Shown: positions 50,801 through 59,772 of the stretch, one piece after another
How positions within the stretch are numbered: the stretch's first letter is position 1
Layout: each line of letters starts with the position of its first letter
From: Myxococcota bacterium
Lineage (GTDB): Bacteria > Myxococcota_A > Bradymonadia > UBA4248
DNA length: 64,000 nt
Direction: 5' to 3'
NCBI GenBank assembly: GCA_045599245.1
Contig: JAZRVP010000136.1
Location: 34,555-98,554, forward strand
Translations under genes and position numbers: made by a program
Notes under the pieces: generated by a model
The model's input: the letters and a program-made list of their open reading frames with translations, nothing else
Database searches by the model: none
Told to the model about the DNA's origin: nothing

Positions 50801-51177
50801 TGGGCATCGGCACAAACACCACTCTGGCACGTCTTTCCATCCTTGCAGTCCGCATCCGTCTTGCACTCAGGTTCTTTCGCATCGGCACAAACGCCGCTCT
50901 GGCATGTCTTCCCGTCCTTGCAGTCCGCATCCGTCTTGCACTCAGGCTCTTTCTGCACATTGGCACAAACGCCGCTCTGGCATGTCTTCCCGTCCTTGCA
51001 GTCCGCATCCGTCTTGCACGAATCGTCCAGCGAAACGGCCTCGCAGCTATGGCTTTCAACATTATAGGTCTGCCCCTCCGGACACTTTGGCTCAGAACTC
51101 CCCGAGTCATCATCACAGCCATACACATCAAGACAAGCGACAAGAACACTCGCCAGGAACAGATATTGATATTTCAT
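47812..51177 (-). CDS. Cys-rich lipoprotein, paralogue P1: MopE-like motif plus Gly-rich (PGRS-like) C-terminal module (about 1121 aa)
   Basis: MKYQYLFLASVLVACLDVYGC; about 13 CxxDxDC repeats; WDFYGDGIDSNCDGFDYD; GGxGGxG tracts with GGCGGEGG. Confidence 0.75.
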   Translation of the reverse strand: MKYQYLFLASVLVACLDVYGCDDDSGSSEPKCPEGQTYNVESHSCEAVSLDDSCKTDADCKDGKTCQSGVCANVQKEPECKTDADCKDGKTCQSGVCADAKEPECKTDADCKDGKTCQSGVCADAQKEPECKSDADCKDGKTCQGGKCLNKVENSCEKAADCVAGELCVEGGCQKAPSCDEATPCPNGYDCFSGVCGVAKDCESQDDCDEGLLCLDKKCQESPVCSTVDDCPQSYICSESRCIIDPLNCETDRDCPKGLYCSDNRCIDPNVQCNRDEDCSGNLICKAQKCVQECKKDADCSDGFVCRKNRCRPECQNDSECTAPAYCKDQKCTTQCSDTSDCPAPYMCLDRVCKAECAKNSDCTGTKKVCDGVRCVECGKDTDCTGDLICLQNVCHEPMEIRYPCVITDNTYVEYKKSDDYEGPVNADGSINLCRIGAMPSISEVEDGAEKTCIALYHAREWDFYGDGIDSNCDGFDYDLKSAIFVYPDIQGTYSGSDSNSGQYEENVGLKPVATIKAALSKKNVIYHNEDGKAFSVYPDILVNKEITANLTEGLVIPSSEKESIVKLTQLAPLSDVTFASLFAFHSDLAQKSKDVKDFKANQYACYQEGSFSATDFRIYGGLTSNQKPEEQNLLWVHKDKDKSRQSWVLENLSDPYYVMIRPMMVSQSFSLSISDIAFEMSSKEGLTKTEGVTLIGLTCGKSGCRELLLTNVEMTVTAPDGMDIQGEVAVGTNGVNGINGFVHADDDVNSSYTKEYCPDDNKCGGVSSGKGGCAGYMRSEPHTVSSTKYDGEPMGKSGAAGADHEGLEDGAAGGAGLTVSGGVSHGGCDKGDIDLAKGTGAAGEDGANGVNGTSANLKLDYTGLEDDMVVRVKDNYADLTDIHGVIGGNGGGGGGGSVYQMFSKGAADSAWANAGSGGGGGCGGEGGKAGGVGGSAIGLLLMPMTTGESKIVLDGTKIHAVAGSGGTGQSGADGGLGGKAGTSKGYEEQNGLIGNWQCQKATAGGAGGHGGGGGAGAGGIAGRAVSYLLACNRNVIDDCDKATSKQPCFSAKNRFTLENCGFSLPMELVAKYGDEAFGSVSAGNNIADPEIAEPGKGAQAATNVRSKGAALFIDTLITKY
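50733..51018 (-). repeat. Near-identical coding tandem repeats (CK(T/S)DADCKDGKTCQSGVCA..KEPE) x4
   Basis: GTCCTTGCAGTCCGCATCCGTCTTGCACTC-type unit recurs every 69-75 bp. Confidence 0.9.
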
Positions 51178-51227
51178 TTTTTCCCTTATCATCAGCAAAA
51201 TGACAAATGCATTTTCGTTTTTGTGGC

Positions 51228-51295
51228 GTCGGACTATGCCTTTCGGCATACGCCCGACCAGTTTTGCTATGGGGACAAATCCCCATACGCAAAAC
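51228..51295. repeat. Two bulged-hairpin copies between P2 and P1
   Basis: GTCGGACTATGCC-TTTC-GGCATA(C)GCCCGAC and GTTTTGCTATGGGGA-CAAA-TCCCCATA(C)GCAAAAC. Confidence 0.8.
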
Positions 51296-51321
51296 AGCCA
51301 CTCTTATATGATTCGCGCTGA

Positions 51322-54300
51322 CTACTCAATAACTGCCATATAAATTATTTGAGGCTCACCAGTCACCGGATTGAGACATGTTCTATCGGCATCACCAACC
51401 GTCATTGGAATATCGACCGTACCTGTCTTGCCACCTGCTGCGACGCCGCAGGTTTTCGTCGAACTGGCGCGCAGAATATTTTTCTTTCTTGTGCCGCCAT
51501 TGCCGCTCTTTTGACCATACGCAGTATCTCTCATCGTCAACCCGTTGAGATACTGACTGGCATAGTCCCCGGGTTTCTTGATCAAATGATCCGAAAACGT
51601 AAAGCCACAATTGCCTAATGATTTCGAATCCACAAACTTATCACTTGAAACACCGAATGATCGCGGACAAATGGCAACGATGGGATAAGCCCAACCTGCT
51701 TTTCCGCCGGCGCCTGCGCCCCCGCCGCCACCGGCCCCACCGGCTCCGCCACTGGCAAGACGCTGACACTGCGTATCACCACCAAACGCACCCTCGCGAG
51801 CATACAACAAAGCCTCACCACCATTGGCACCATCGCCACCCAAACCACCAGCCTGTGCACGACCACCACTTCCGTTGTAAACGGCAATAGCGTCCTTATC
51901 TGCGCTGTGATTGAACTCAATTCGGCTGCTATCCGCGCCTTTTCCACTTGAACGAACCGCAATACCAATCGCTGAACCACCCGTACCACCGGCAAATCCA
52001 CCTTCACCGCCGCATCCACCGGCTCCGCCTGAGGCAGCATAACACTGCGTATGGTCTGATCCCTTGCCCATCCAGCAACGAAATACAGCGCCGCCTCCAC
52101 CGCCTACACCGGGAAGGCCATACTTTCCTTTCGACTTCGTTCGATCACTCCTCACCCAAAGCCCTTCACTGGTTTCGGTAAATCCCATGATCGTGTTTTT
52201 GCTTGCACCATTTTCACCATTGGCACCGCCAACGCCATTCTCGCCTCGATAATTATCCCTCTCATTCGAACACGCCGTATCAAGGTCACAACTTTCATCA
52301 AAAAATACACCGCTTCCACCCGAAGACTGACTCTGATTAATAGTATTACCCAATCTATCCCTTGAAGCAAGCGAAGGACGTCCGTCCAACTTATCTCTAT
52401 AATGCCCGCCCTGATACGACTTGCCATATCCCCCTATGCCGCCCAGACTTTGCGTCAGAGCATTGGCAGTCCATTCATAGCCGCACAAATAATCTTTATC
52501 TTTGTTGAAGGCGTTATTATCATAAATGATAATATAATCATTATTATCAGCAGTCACATTATGTTCATCACGCACAGCATTTGAGCCAGCCATTGCCCCA
52601 TTCGTTCCATTCATGGCATGACTCAACTCATTCGACGCATTGAACTCCGGATATGAATACCCCGCAATCCCCACAACTTTGATTGTCGTATCAGTGAGCA
52701 GAAGTTCTTTCACCCCGCCAACGGTTCCATCAATGCCGATAAACGTGACGCCATCCGCAAACCCAACGGGGAGAGTAAAATTTACTTTCGGAGACATATT
52801 CAGACTAAAGTTCATCATCGCCAAAGAAAGCGGATACTTCCCACTTTCCGGAGACACCAGCGAATATACCATGCGAGGGTCTTTGACATTCGATGTGTAA
52901 AAGTCGTCAACGACCCAATCCACTTGTGTCGGCACTTCTTTATCAATTTGCCAAAGATCGTGTTCCGCCGTCAAAACCGCTTTTTCAACAGTTTTACGTT
53001 GAAAACCGCCATAAATCCTAATCAATCCATCCGGCTGATTGCGCTCTGTCTGGGCAGCTTTTTCATATTTGCACACACCGGCATCGTCACATTTTTCGTC
53101 ATAATAGCTAAACAAATATTTATTCGGATCAAATTCCGCATTTTTTATCATGTTAATAGCCAACTGCGAATGAAGCCCGTACGCACTGATTATTTTGCCA
53201 TCCTTAACCATCCCGGCTTTATTCGGAAGTTTCGACGCATCGAAATTATAGAATTTTGCAACAATATTGGACGGCTCCGATACAGGAACTCGTATGGGCG
53301 ACTTTTGAACATCCATCTCTTCGCTTGTCACCGAATACACGCCTGTTTCAACAACAATATCATGATAGAAATTCTTATCCGAATCTTTGGCTGCCGCCAT
53401 TGCCTTATTAATCGTCAAAAATGTCTTGGCACCATTTTCAATATTCTCTTTTTGTGACACAAATACTGTATGATTGGTATCATAATCCGCACCGTCACAG
53501 TTCGCATCAATGCCGTCGCCATAAAAATCATATTCTCTCGGCGTATATATCGGAAAACATTTATTCTCTTTTACATAACCAATTTGACATATATTAATAG
53601 ATCCATCTCCATTTTTTAACAATTTATAGGAACCAGCAGTCGCATCGGAATAAGTTTGATATGAAGCTGAACCTACACCGGCCTTGAGCTGCTCATAAGG
53701 CGCCAGTTTCGTAATGACACACGGCACAACATCTATTACCTCATCGATAATACAGCTCCCTTCTGAACATACTTTGCCATCCTCACAATCTTCATCCGCT
53801 GCACACGTCTTTTCTTCGGATGACGGCTTGCAAACACCTTCTACACACACATTGCCATCCTCACAATCTTCATCCGCTGCACACGTCTTTTCTTCGGATG
53901 ACGGCTTGCAAACACCTTCTACGCACGCCTTGCCATCCTCACAATCCTCATCCGCTGCACACGGCTTTTCTTCGGATGACGGCTTGCAAACACCTTCTGC
54001 ACACACATTGCCATCCTCACAATCCTCATCCGCTGCACACGGCTTTTCTTCGGATGACGGCTTGCAAACACCTTCTACGCACGCCTTGCCATCTTCGCAG
54101 TCGGCATCCGACATACACTCTGGATCGGAAGACGTTTCACAGACTCCGGACTTGCAAACCTTGCCTTCGCCGCAGTCCGCATCCGTCGTACAAGTTGTTT
54201 CGACCGTTCCGGGTTCACATTGTTTTGTATCACTATTCATAACCTGCCCATCCGGACAAGTTTTGGAAGTGTCACCAGACTCATCACCGCATCCAGCCAT

Positions 54301-54351
54301 ACCCAAACATGCGGCAAGAATACTCGTCATAAACAAATAACGCGTTTGCAT
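51322..54351 (-). CDS. Cys-rich lipoprotein, paralogue P2 (1009 aa)
   Basis: GAGGAGA RBS; lipobox GMAGC; CAADEDCEDG repeats; YDFYGDGIDANCDGADYD; Gly-rich module. Confidence 0.78.
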   Translation of the reverse strand: MQTRYLFMTSILAACLGMAGCGDESGDTSKTCPDGQVMNSDTKQCEPGTVETTCTTDADCGEGKVCKSGVCETSSDPECMSDADCEDGKACVEGVCKPSSEEKPCAADEDCEDGNVCAEGVCKPSSEEKPCAADEDCEDGKACVEGVCKPSSEEKTCAADEDCEDGNVCVEGVCKPSSEEKTCAADEDCEDGKVCSEGSCIIDEVIDVVPCVITKLAPYEQLKAGVGSASYQTYSDATAGSYKLLKNGDGSINICQIGYVKENKCFPIYTPREYDFYGDGIDANCDGADYDTNHTVFVSQKENIENGAKTFLTINKAMAAAKDSDKNFYHDIVVETGVYSVTSEEMDVQKSPIRVPVSEPSNIVAKFYNFDASKLPNKAGMVKDGKIISAYGLHSQLAINMIKNAEFDPNKYLFSYYDEKCDDAGVCKYEKAAQTERNQPDGLIRIYGGFQRKTVEKAVLTAEHDLWQIDKEVPTQVDWVVDDFYTSNVKDPRMVYSLVSPESGKYPLSLAMMNFSLNMSPKVNFTLPVGFADGVTFIGIDGTVGGVKELLLTDTTIKVVGIAGYSYPEFNASNELSHAMNGTNGAMAGSNAVRDEHNVTADNNDYIIIYDNNAFNKDKDYLCGYEWTANALTQSLGGIGGYGKSYQGGHYRDKLDGRPSLASRDRLGNTINQSQSSGGSGVFFDESCDLDTACSNERDNYRGENGVGGANGENGASKNTIMGFTETSEGLWVRSDRTKSKGKYGLPGVGGGGGAVFRCWMGKGSDHTQCYAASGGAGGCGGEGGFAGGTGGSAIGIAVRSSGKGADSSRIEFNHSADKDAIAVYNGSGGRAQAGGLGGDGANGGEALLYAREGAFGGDTQCQRLASGGAGGAGGGGGAGAGGKAGWAYPIVAICPRSFGVSSDKFVDSKSLGNCGFTFSDHLIKKPGDYASQYLNGLTMRDTAYGQKSGNGGTRKKNILRASSTKTCGVAAGGKTGTVDIPMTVGDADRTCLNPVTGEPQIIYMAVIE
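53764..54160 (-). repeat. 78-bp coding tandem repeat (CAADEDCEDGxxCxEGVCKPSSEEKx) x4-5
   Basis: TTTTCTTCGGATGACGGCTTGCAAACACCTTC recurs with a 78-bp period. Confidence 0.92.
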
Positions 54352-54365
54352 AAGTTCTCCTCATT

Positions 54366-54433
54366 TTTTTCACAGCGTCCCTTCTGGATGCACAACATTA
54401 TTTTTCACGGCGTCCCTTCTGGATGCACAACAT
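54366..54433. repeat. Direct duplication with a 35-bp period in the P2 leader
   Basis: TTTTTCAC(A/G)GCGTCCCTTCTGGATGCACAACAT x2 with one mismatch. Confidence 0.92.
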
Positions 54434-54539
54434 AAAAAAATTTCGCTTCATACCAATACAACATATACCTTATTATCTAAGAAATCATAGTATTATTATC
54501 TATAACCTTCTGATTTTGGGTTACATCTCAGGCAGGGGA

Positions 54540-54726
54540 AGTTCACAAATCTTCTGAAAAGAGTATTTCGCAAATATAAGGCAGTAATTGTCGAGAGCCG
54601 GGTTTGGAACCCTAACGGGTAAAATGGTTAGGCAACCCAAAAGGCTTATGCCATCTAAAAATATTGAGGTTTCCAAAGGGCTCAGCCCTTTGGCAGGGTC
54701 CGGGGCAGAGCCCCGGATAAGTAACG
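54540..54726 (+). mobile_element. Modular MITE-like element, copy C
   Basis: GTTCACAAATCTTCTGAA...TATTTCGCAAATATAAGGCAG...CCATCTAAAAATATTGAGGTTTCCAAAGGGCTCAGCCCTTTGG...GGGGCAGAGCCCCGG.TAAGTAAC. Confidence 0.65.
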
Positions 54727-54728
54727 AT

Positions 54729-54841
54729 AAAAAAAAAGCCTGGCGTATTGACCCAAAGGTCAATAGCCAGGCTTAGAAGGGCGTATCGGCCCAAAGGCCG
54801 ATAGCCCGAACAAATGGCGTGCCGGTTCTGCCGGCAGCCAT
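54729..54841 (-). terminator. Three bulged hairpins after the 1639-aa gene; the last on the minus strand carries a T9 tail
   Basis: AAGCCTGGC(G)TATTGACC-CAAA-GGTCAATAGCCAGGCTT preceded by A9; further copies at 54779-54807 and 54814-54841. Confidence 0.75.
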
Positions 54842-54852
54842 GTCACAACCTC

Positions 54853-57800
54853 TTAGATATCATATTTGCATTTTGATGCATCCTGACCATTGCTGCCCGT
54901 CGTGTATTTGAACTGAACTTCAATGTCTGCGACGTTATCCCAGTTGATACCGGCATTTTCGCCTGCATTCGGATCGAAGACGATCGTGTAGGTCGCCATC
55001 AACGGGAAATTGGCCAAACCGTTGTAAACCGTGACTTCGGAGAAGTCGGTATTGTCGCTCAGTTTATAATTACTGCCTTCTTCAACATTGTACATACCGG
55101 CGGTAAGACCATCGCTGAACGGATCGGTCATGAAGGTCGAAACTTTACCAAAGGACGTACGGGAACCAATCGAATTGGCGATGGCTTCGATGTTGGAGTG
55201 GCAGGAAATGAGCTGGCTCTGGCCGCCGTAGAACAACGAAACGGAGGGTTTGGCATCACCGCTTTCGCGAATGCGTTTGCCTTCTTTGCTGACGAAACGA
55301 ACGCGGATTTCGGAAATCTTCGCATTGCAGGAAGTTGCAAGGTTTGCAAATTTCGAATTGAGATTGAAGGAACCGCTGTAGAATTCGCCTTTCTTGAGCA
55401 TGTCACCCGCATTGCCATCGACGGAATAACGCGTCATAGCGCTGACAGGAAGGGCACCGGCTTTCAGGATGGTATGGAAACGATCGGCAGCGGAAACGCC
55501 ATCGATATCGGCATCGCCTACACCAATGCGGTTGCGAAGTGAAACCGTAACCGTGTTGTCGGATCCCTTGCCGGAACCGCAGTTATCGCTCAAGTCATTG
55601 AGCTGTTCTTTCAGAACCTTGAGGTCATTTGTACCGCGAGCCGTGTAAATCGAACGACGAATTTCAACGAACGGACGAACCGTCATGTATTCGATGGCCG
55701 TCAGGTAGTCATTGAGATCGTTGCGTGCAAACTCGATGTATTTCTCAGCGAGTTCGAGATCGCTGGCATGCTGGAAGAATTTGGAGGCCGAGAAGGTGAC
55801 GTCGTTGAGGGCTTTGTAGCGTTTGAGTTTATTGTTGTACTGGTCGGCAACGAGTTCAGCTTCCTGAGCAATTGTCAGATAATTGACGAGAGCACGGGCA
55901 CGGGCAAGTTCTTTGATCTTGACGTTGTAAGCAAGTGTCACGAGATCGAGGGCCGCATTGGCAAAATCATTGCGCATCTGCTGAAGCTCCTGAAGATCGC
56001 GTTCATACTTCTCCTGGTTCTCATTGCTGAGTTTAAGGGTCTGGATGGCGCCTTCGAGTTCTTTGATCTTCGCCTCAAAGTCCTCTTTCTGCCCCTCAAC
56101 TTTGCCCTTGGAAGTGGACACAGTCACCTTGAGATTGTTCAGCGTCTCCTGAAGTTTGGCTGCACTGTCAGCCGCATTCTTGGATTTTTCTCGATCATAC
56201 AATTCGATGGAGAACGCCGTCGCCTTTTCGGTAATGCCGGCAGCTGCAGCTGCACCTGCTTCAACCGTCTGGAGAACTGTTTTCGCTGTACCGAGTGCAG
56301 CTGATGCAGCCTTAGCCGAAATGCTAGCTGTCAAATTTGCCGCCCCAGCCCCCATACCGATGGAGTTCGTATTGTTTAAAATCCCCTCCAAATACTGGTG
56401 TTGAATTTCCTGTTCTGCATCTTGAATCGAATTATCAAGATAAATACCCGAGATATTGTTGGCAGCCTGAGCAAGTGTGTAAGCTTCCTGGAAAGCGAGG
56501 TTCGAACCGGCGGCACCTTTCCATTTGCTGAAGTTATCCTTTTCAGCCTCGTACGCATTCTTAAGACTCTTGAGCTGTTCTTCGGCCTCCGCAGAGCTAA
56601 ACCCGGCGATCCCTTCCATATACTTATTGATATCAGCCAAATTCGTTGAAATGCTATCAATCATCTTGGTACGCTGTTCGTGCCAGCTATTGATGGCTGC
56701 TTCATACGCATTGGCGGTGTTGTCATTGTTGGCAACTTTCTGGCGAAGGACTTCGTATTCAGCCATCGCCGTTTCATATTCCTGCTGTGCCTGACGATAG
56801 TCGAGAATGGCAGAACCGGCCTTGCTGTTGACCGTACCATCCATGCTGACAGGATTGGATTCAAGGGCGAGGTTACCACCGCAAGCCGCCATCACTTCTT
56901 CTGCCGATCCAGGCTGAAGTTTTTCTGAGCAGTTGCTGTAATTAACAACCTGCTGAATCTTTATCATATTGTCGCTGCCGCCTTCCTGCGTCAAATCAAC
57001 TTTTGCTTTTGTCTGAGAATTAACGCTGAAACCACAGAAATACGGTGCAGTATAAATCTGACATGTCTGGCGATCTTCCGGTGTCGTGCAGTCTGCCGGA
57101 TAACCGCAAAGAGAAACGAGCTGCGCACGAAGGGCTTCAAGAGCTGTCAAATAATTGTCATTGTTCTGAAGTTTTGAAATCTCTTCATCATCCAGTGTTT
57201 TCAGGATCTTGTCGAGTTCCGTTTTCGCCGTATCCACCGAATTCGTCGCATTTTGATCCAGCTTCTTGAGGGCATCGGTGATTTTTTCTTCCGTCAGGCT
57301 CGTATTTCTAAAGATTTCACCATCTCGCATGAATACAAGTGATTCAAATGACTGATCGAGGGACGCAATCTTGGAAATCGTGTCATTGAGATTCGCACCG
57401 TATGTCCCGTTGAGAGAACCCTGATCTGCATTCAGGTTGATCTTTGATTCAATAAGGCCGGCAAAATACAGATCGAAGAGCAGAGGACGAAGTTCCCTGG
57501 CCGCTTTTAGCCTTGCGGAATCGTTCTGTGTCAATACATCGTGACGGCGAGCGCTCAAGGCCATGGCTTCTGCCACCGACTGCCACGTCTGAGCCATTTC
57601 ACTCAGAATTGCATTTCGGTTGCTGGTCAACTCGCTCACGCTGTCGGCATTCGCGCTGCCGACAACCGTCTGAGAAAGCATTTCAAGCGTCGTCTGCGTA
57701 AACTGTTTCGTCATGACATCATACTGACGACCCAAAACGTCCTTGTTGTAACGAGCCAGCAAATCCGAGTTGAAATCATTGAGAATTGATGCCGCAAATG

Positions 57801-59772
57801 TTCCCTCATACGTTGCACCGCCAAGCCATTCCTTGCGAATTTCGGTATCGCTGTTCCAGGCAAGATATTCTTCGGCAAGATAAGATTCTCTCATCATACC
57901 CAGCCATTTGTTCATGGCATCGGCTTTTTCATCGTCGGTGGTCAGTGTATTGGACAGATATTTGCGCGCAATCAGATCCGCACCACACAAAAGTTCCGGA
58001 CGATCATCGCAAATTCCGCAGGTGGAGTCTGCACATTTCGTCGCAAAATCATTGAAGTTGTTGATACCGCCGCAAACATCGACAAGCGTTTCTCCCGAAG
58101 ACGGAGCGGACTGGGTCAGAACGGTTTCGAGTATCTTCGACAGTCTGGTTTTGTCATTCAATATGTAGCTGACACCCGTGTTCACACAGAACCAGCGATC
58201 ATCTTCATCCAACGCATTATATTCATCCAACGTGATACTGGAGCCGCTTCCCGTCGAACTCAACTGGCATTTTGTAAGTTTGTCATCGCACGCCGCTTTC
58301 TCATCCTCATCCTCGATATCCTTACACATTGAAGGATCAATGGCACCAATCAACTTTTTAATATCATTAAACGTACAGACATCTTTTGGTGCTTCATCGA
58401 TACCTCGAATGACTTCACTCGCCACCGCATGATCTGAAGATGCCAATTCCGCATCCATACCATACGAACGTTTCACCGAAATGGTTCCGGTCATATCGGT
58501 CGAATGATAAACCGGCCTCACGTTGTCACCTTCGATTTCATTTTCGCGGTAAAGACCGATCATGTGATCCGTGATAATGCCATCCAGCGCATGCGATGAG
58601 GCATCATAATTATTGAATTCAATTCTCATGCTTCGGCTCATCTTTTCATCAGCCGAAACCAGCTTGCTGCCTTTAAATACGAAATCATTCGACGCAAACT
58701 TAGCCACAAAGCTCGGTTTTTTCGAGGTTGTCACTGCAGCGTCTTCTTTCGCCAGTTCGACCTTTACCCAGGTGTTACGGTCATTTCCACTTTCATCCAC
58801 CGTCGATTCCGGCGAGAAAATATCGCTCGGGCTTACCGGCATGTAGAGCGTCATTTTTTCAATGGCGTTGAAATCGGCAGGCTTCGCGGGAACGGTCTCG
58901 ATGTACATACGAATGGGAAGCGGCGTTCCTGAAAGAATATCAGGGGTCACATTTCCTTCATAGTAACCGGAGGCATCCTGCGGATCGATCATGAGAATGG
59001 GGAAATCGCCGGCATTCGATACGATTTCAACCATTTCAGAATTCAGGCTGTCATTCAATCCGTCACGAAGTCTCGCTCTCTTGGCGCGAATCTTCGACGC
59101 ATCGATATCAAACTTATACGTATAGCCGCCGTTACCTTCTACGGCTTTTGCCGATTTCAGAACGGGAATTTCGCTGTCATTCGTTTTGACTGCGTAGAAA
59201 ACCTTTCCCAGTGATTTTTCCGCGACAAACTGTGTCGTCTGTTTGCTGTCGGAACCAAGCGTCGCAACCTGCGGCACGGCTTCCATGATGTTGATCGAAT
59301 TGACAACGCCATTTTTGCCATCATCCTGACCGATAACGCTGCGTACAACGTTTGTCTCTTTTTTGGCCATAAACTCGAGATCGAGAAGAAGCTTTGATTT
59401 CTCTTCGGCCTTCATATCGGAGGCAGAAGCGATCTTGTCATTGACGCTCTGAACTTCTTTCAAATATGCTTCAGTCACACAGCGACCGCGTGTCGCCTGG
59501 CAATAATAGCCGTCTTCACATCCAAGCTTATTTCCATCGCACTGCATAACGCACTGATTCTGGAAGCAGAATGATCCCGTCTGACAGTCCGTATCGAGCA
59601 TACAGCCTCGATTGGAATTCATGCTCATCTCGTACAGAGCCTGACCTGTGGTTGTTATTTCTTCTTGCGGATCCGGATCCACAACAGGCTTTTTATCTTT
59701 GGAATCATCGCTACAGGCACCTGCCACGAAAGCAAGCATCGCTATTACTGACATAAAACGCAGTTTATTCAT
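54853..59772 (-). CDS. Giant coiled-coil lipoprotein with a TcA-like C-terminus (about 1639 aa)
   Basis: GAGAGG RBS; MNKLRFMSVIAMLAFVAGAC; short Cys-rich domain; beta-rich region; long heptad helices around an Ala/Gly hydrophobic stretch; C-terminal KISEIRVRF...FPLMATYTIVFD...INWDNVADIEVQFKYT. Confidence 0.7.
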   Translation of the reverse strand: MNKLRFMSVIAMLAFVAGACSDDSKDKKPVVDPDPQEEITTTGQALYEMSMNSNRGCMLDTDCQTGSFCFQNQCVMQCDGNKLGCEDGYYCQATRGRCVTEAYLKEVQSVNDKIASASDMKAEEKSKLLLDLEFMAKKETNVVRSVIGQDDGKNGVVNSINIMEAVPQVATLGSDSKQTTQFVAEKSLGKVFYAVKTNDSEIPVLKSAKAVEGNGGYTYKFDIDASKIRAKRARLRDGLNDSLNSEMVEIVSNAGDFPILMIDPQDASGYYEGNVTPDILSGTPLPIRMYIETVPAKPADFNAIEKMTLYMPVSPSDIFSPESTVDESGNDRNTWVKVELAKEDAAVTTSKKPSFVAKFASNDFVFKGSKLVSADEKMSRSMRIEFNNYDASSHALDGIITDHMIGLYRENEIEGDNVRPVYHSTDMTGTISVKRSYGMDAELASSDHAVASEVIRGIDEAPKDVCTFNDIKKLIGAIDPSMCKDIEDEDEKAACDDKLTKCQLSSTGSGSSITLDEYNALDEDDRWFCVNTGVSYILNDKTRLSKILETVLTQSAPSSGETLVDVCGGINNFNDFATKCADSTCGICDDRPELLCGADLIARKYLSNTLTTDDEKADAMNKWLGMMRESYLAEEYLAWNSDTEIRKEWLGGATYEGTFAASILNDFNSDLLARYNKDVLGRQYDVMTKQFTQTTLEMLSQTVVGSANADSVSELTSNRNAILSEMAQTWQSVAEAMALSARRHDVLTQNDSARLKAARELRPLLFDLYFAGLIESKINLNADQGSLNGTYGANLNDTISKIASLDQSFESLVFMRDGEIFRNTSLTEEKITDALKKLDQNATNSVDTAKTELDKILKTLDDEEISKLQNNDNYLTALEALRAQLVSLCGYPADCTTPEDRQTCQIYTAPYFCGFSVNSQTKAKVDLTQEGGSDNMIKIQQVVNYSNCSEKLQPGSAEEVMAACGGNLALESNPVSMDGTVNSKAGSAILDYRQAQQEYETAMAEYEVLRQKVANNDNTANAYEAAINSWHEQRTKMIDSISTNLADINKYMEGIAGFSSAEAEEQLKSLKNAYEAEKDNFSKWKGAAGSNLAFQEAYTLAQAANNISGIYLDNSIQDAEQEIQHQYLEGILNNTNSIGMGAGAANLTASISAKAASAALGTAKTVLQTVEAGAAAAAGITEKATAFSIELYDREKSKNAADSAAKLQETLNNLKVTVSTSKGKVEGQKEDFEAKIKELEGAIQTLKLSNENQEKYERDLQELQQMRNDFANAALDLVTLAYNVKIKELARARALVNYLTIAQEAELVADQYNNKLKRYKALNDVTFSASKFFQHASDLELAEKYIEFARNDLNDYLTAIEYMTVRPFVEIRRSIYTARGTNDLKVLKEQLNDLSDNCGSGKGSDNTVTVSLRNRIGVGDADIDGVSAADRFHTILKAGALPVSAMTRYSVDGNAGDMLKKGEFYSGSFNLNSKFANLATSCNAKISEIRVRFVSKEGKRIRESGDAKPSVSLFYGGQSQLISCHSNIEAIANSIGSRTSFGKVSTFMTDPFSDGLTAGMYNVEEGSNYKLSDNTDFSEVTVYNGLANFPLMATYTIVFDPNAGENAGINWDNVADIEVQFKYTTGSNGQDASKCKYDI

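Noticed and set aside
47695-54340. Plus-strand repetitive ORFs (for example 353 aa at 47695 and 208 aa at 53714)
   Set aside because: They are antisense read-outs of Gly-rich and Cys-repeat coding DNA.
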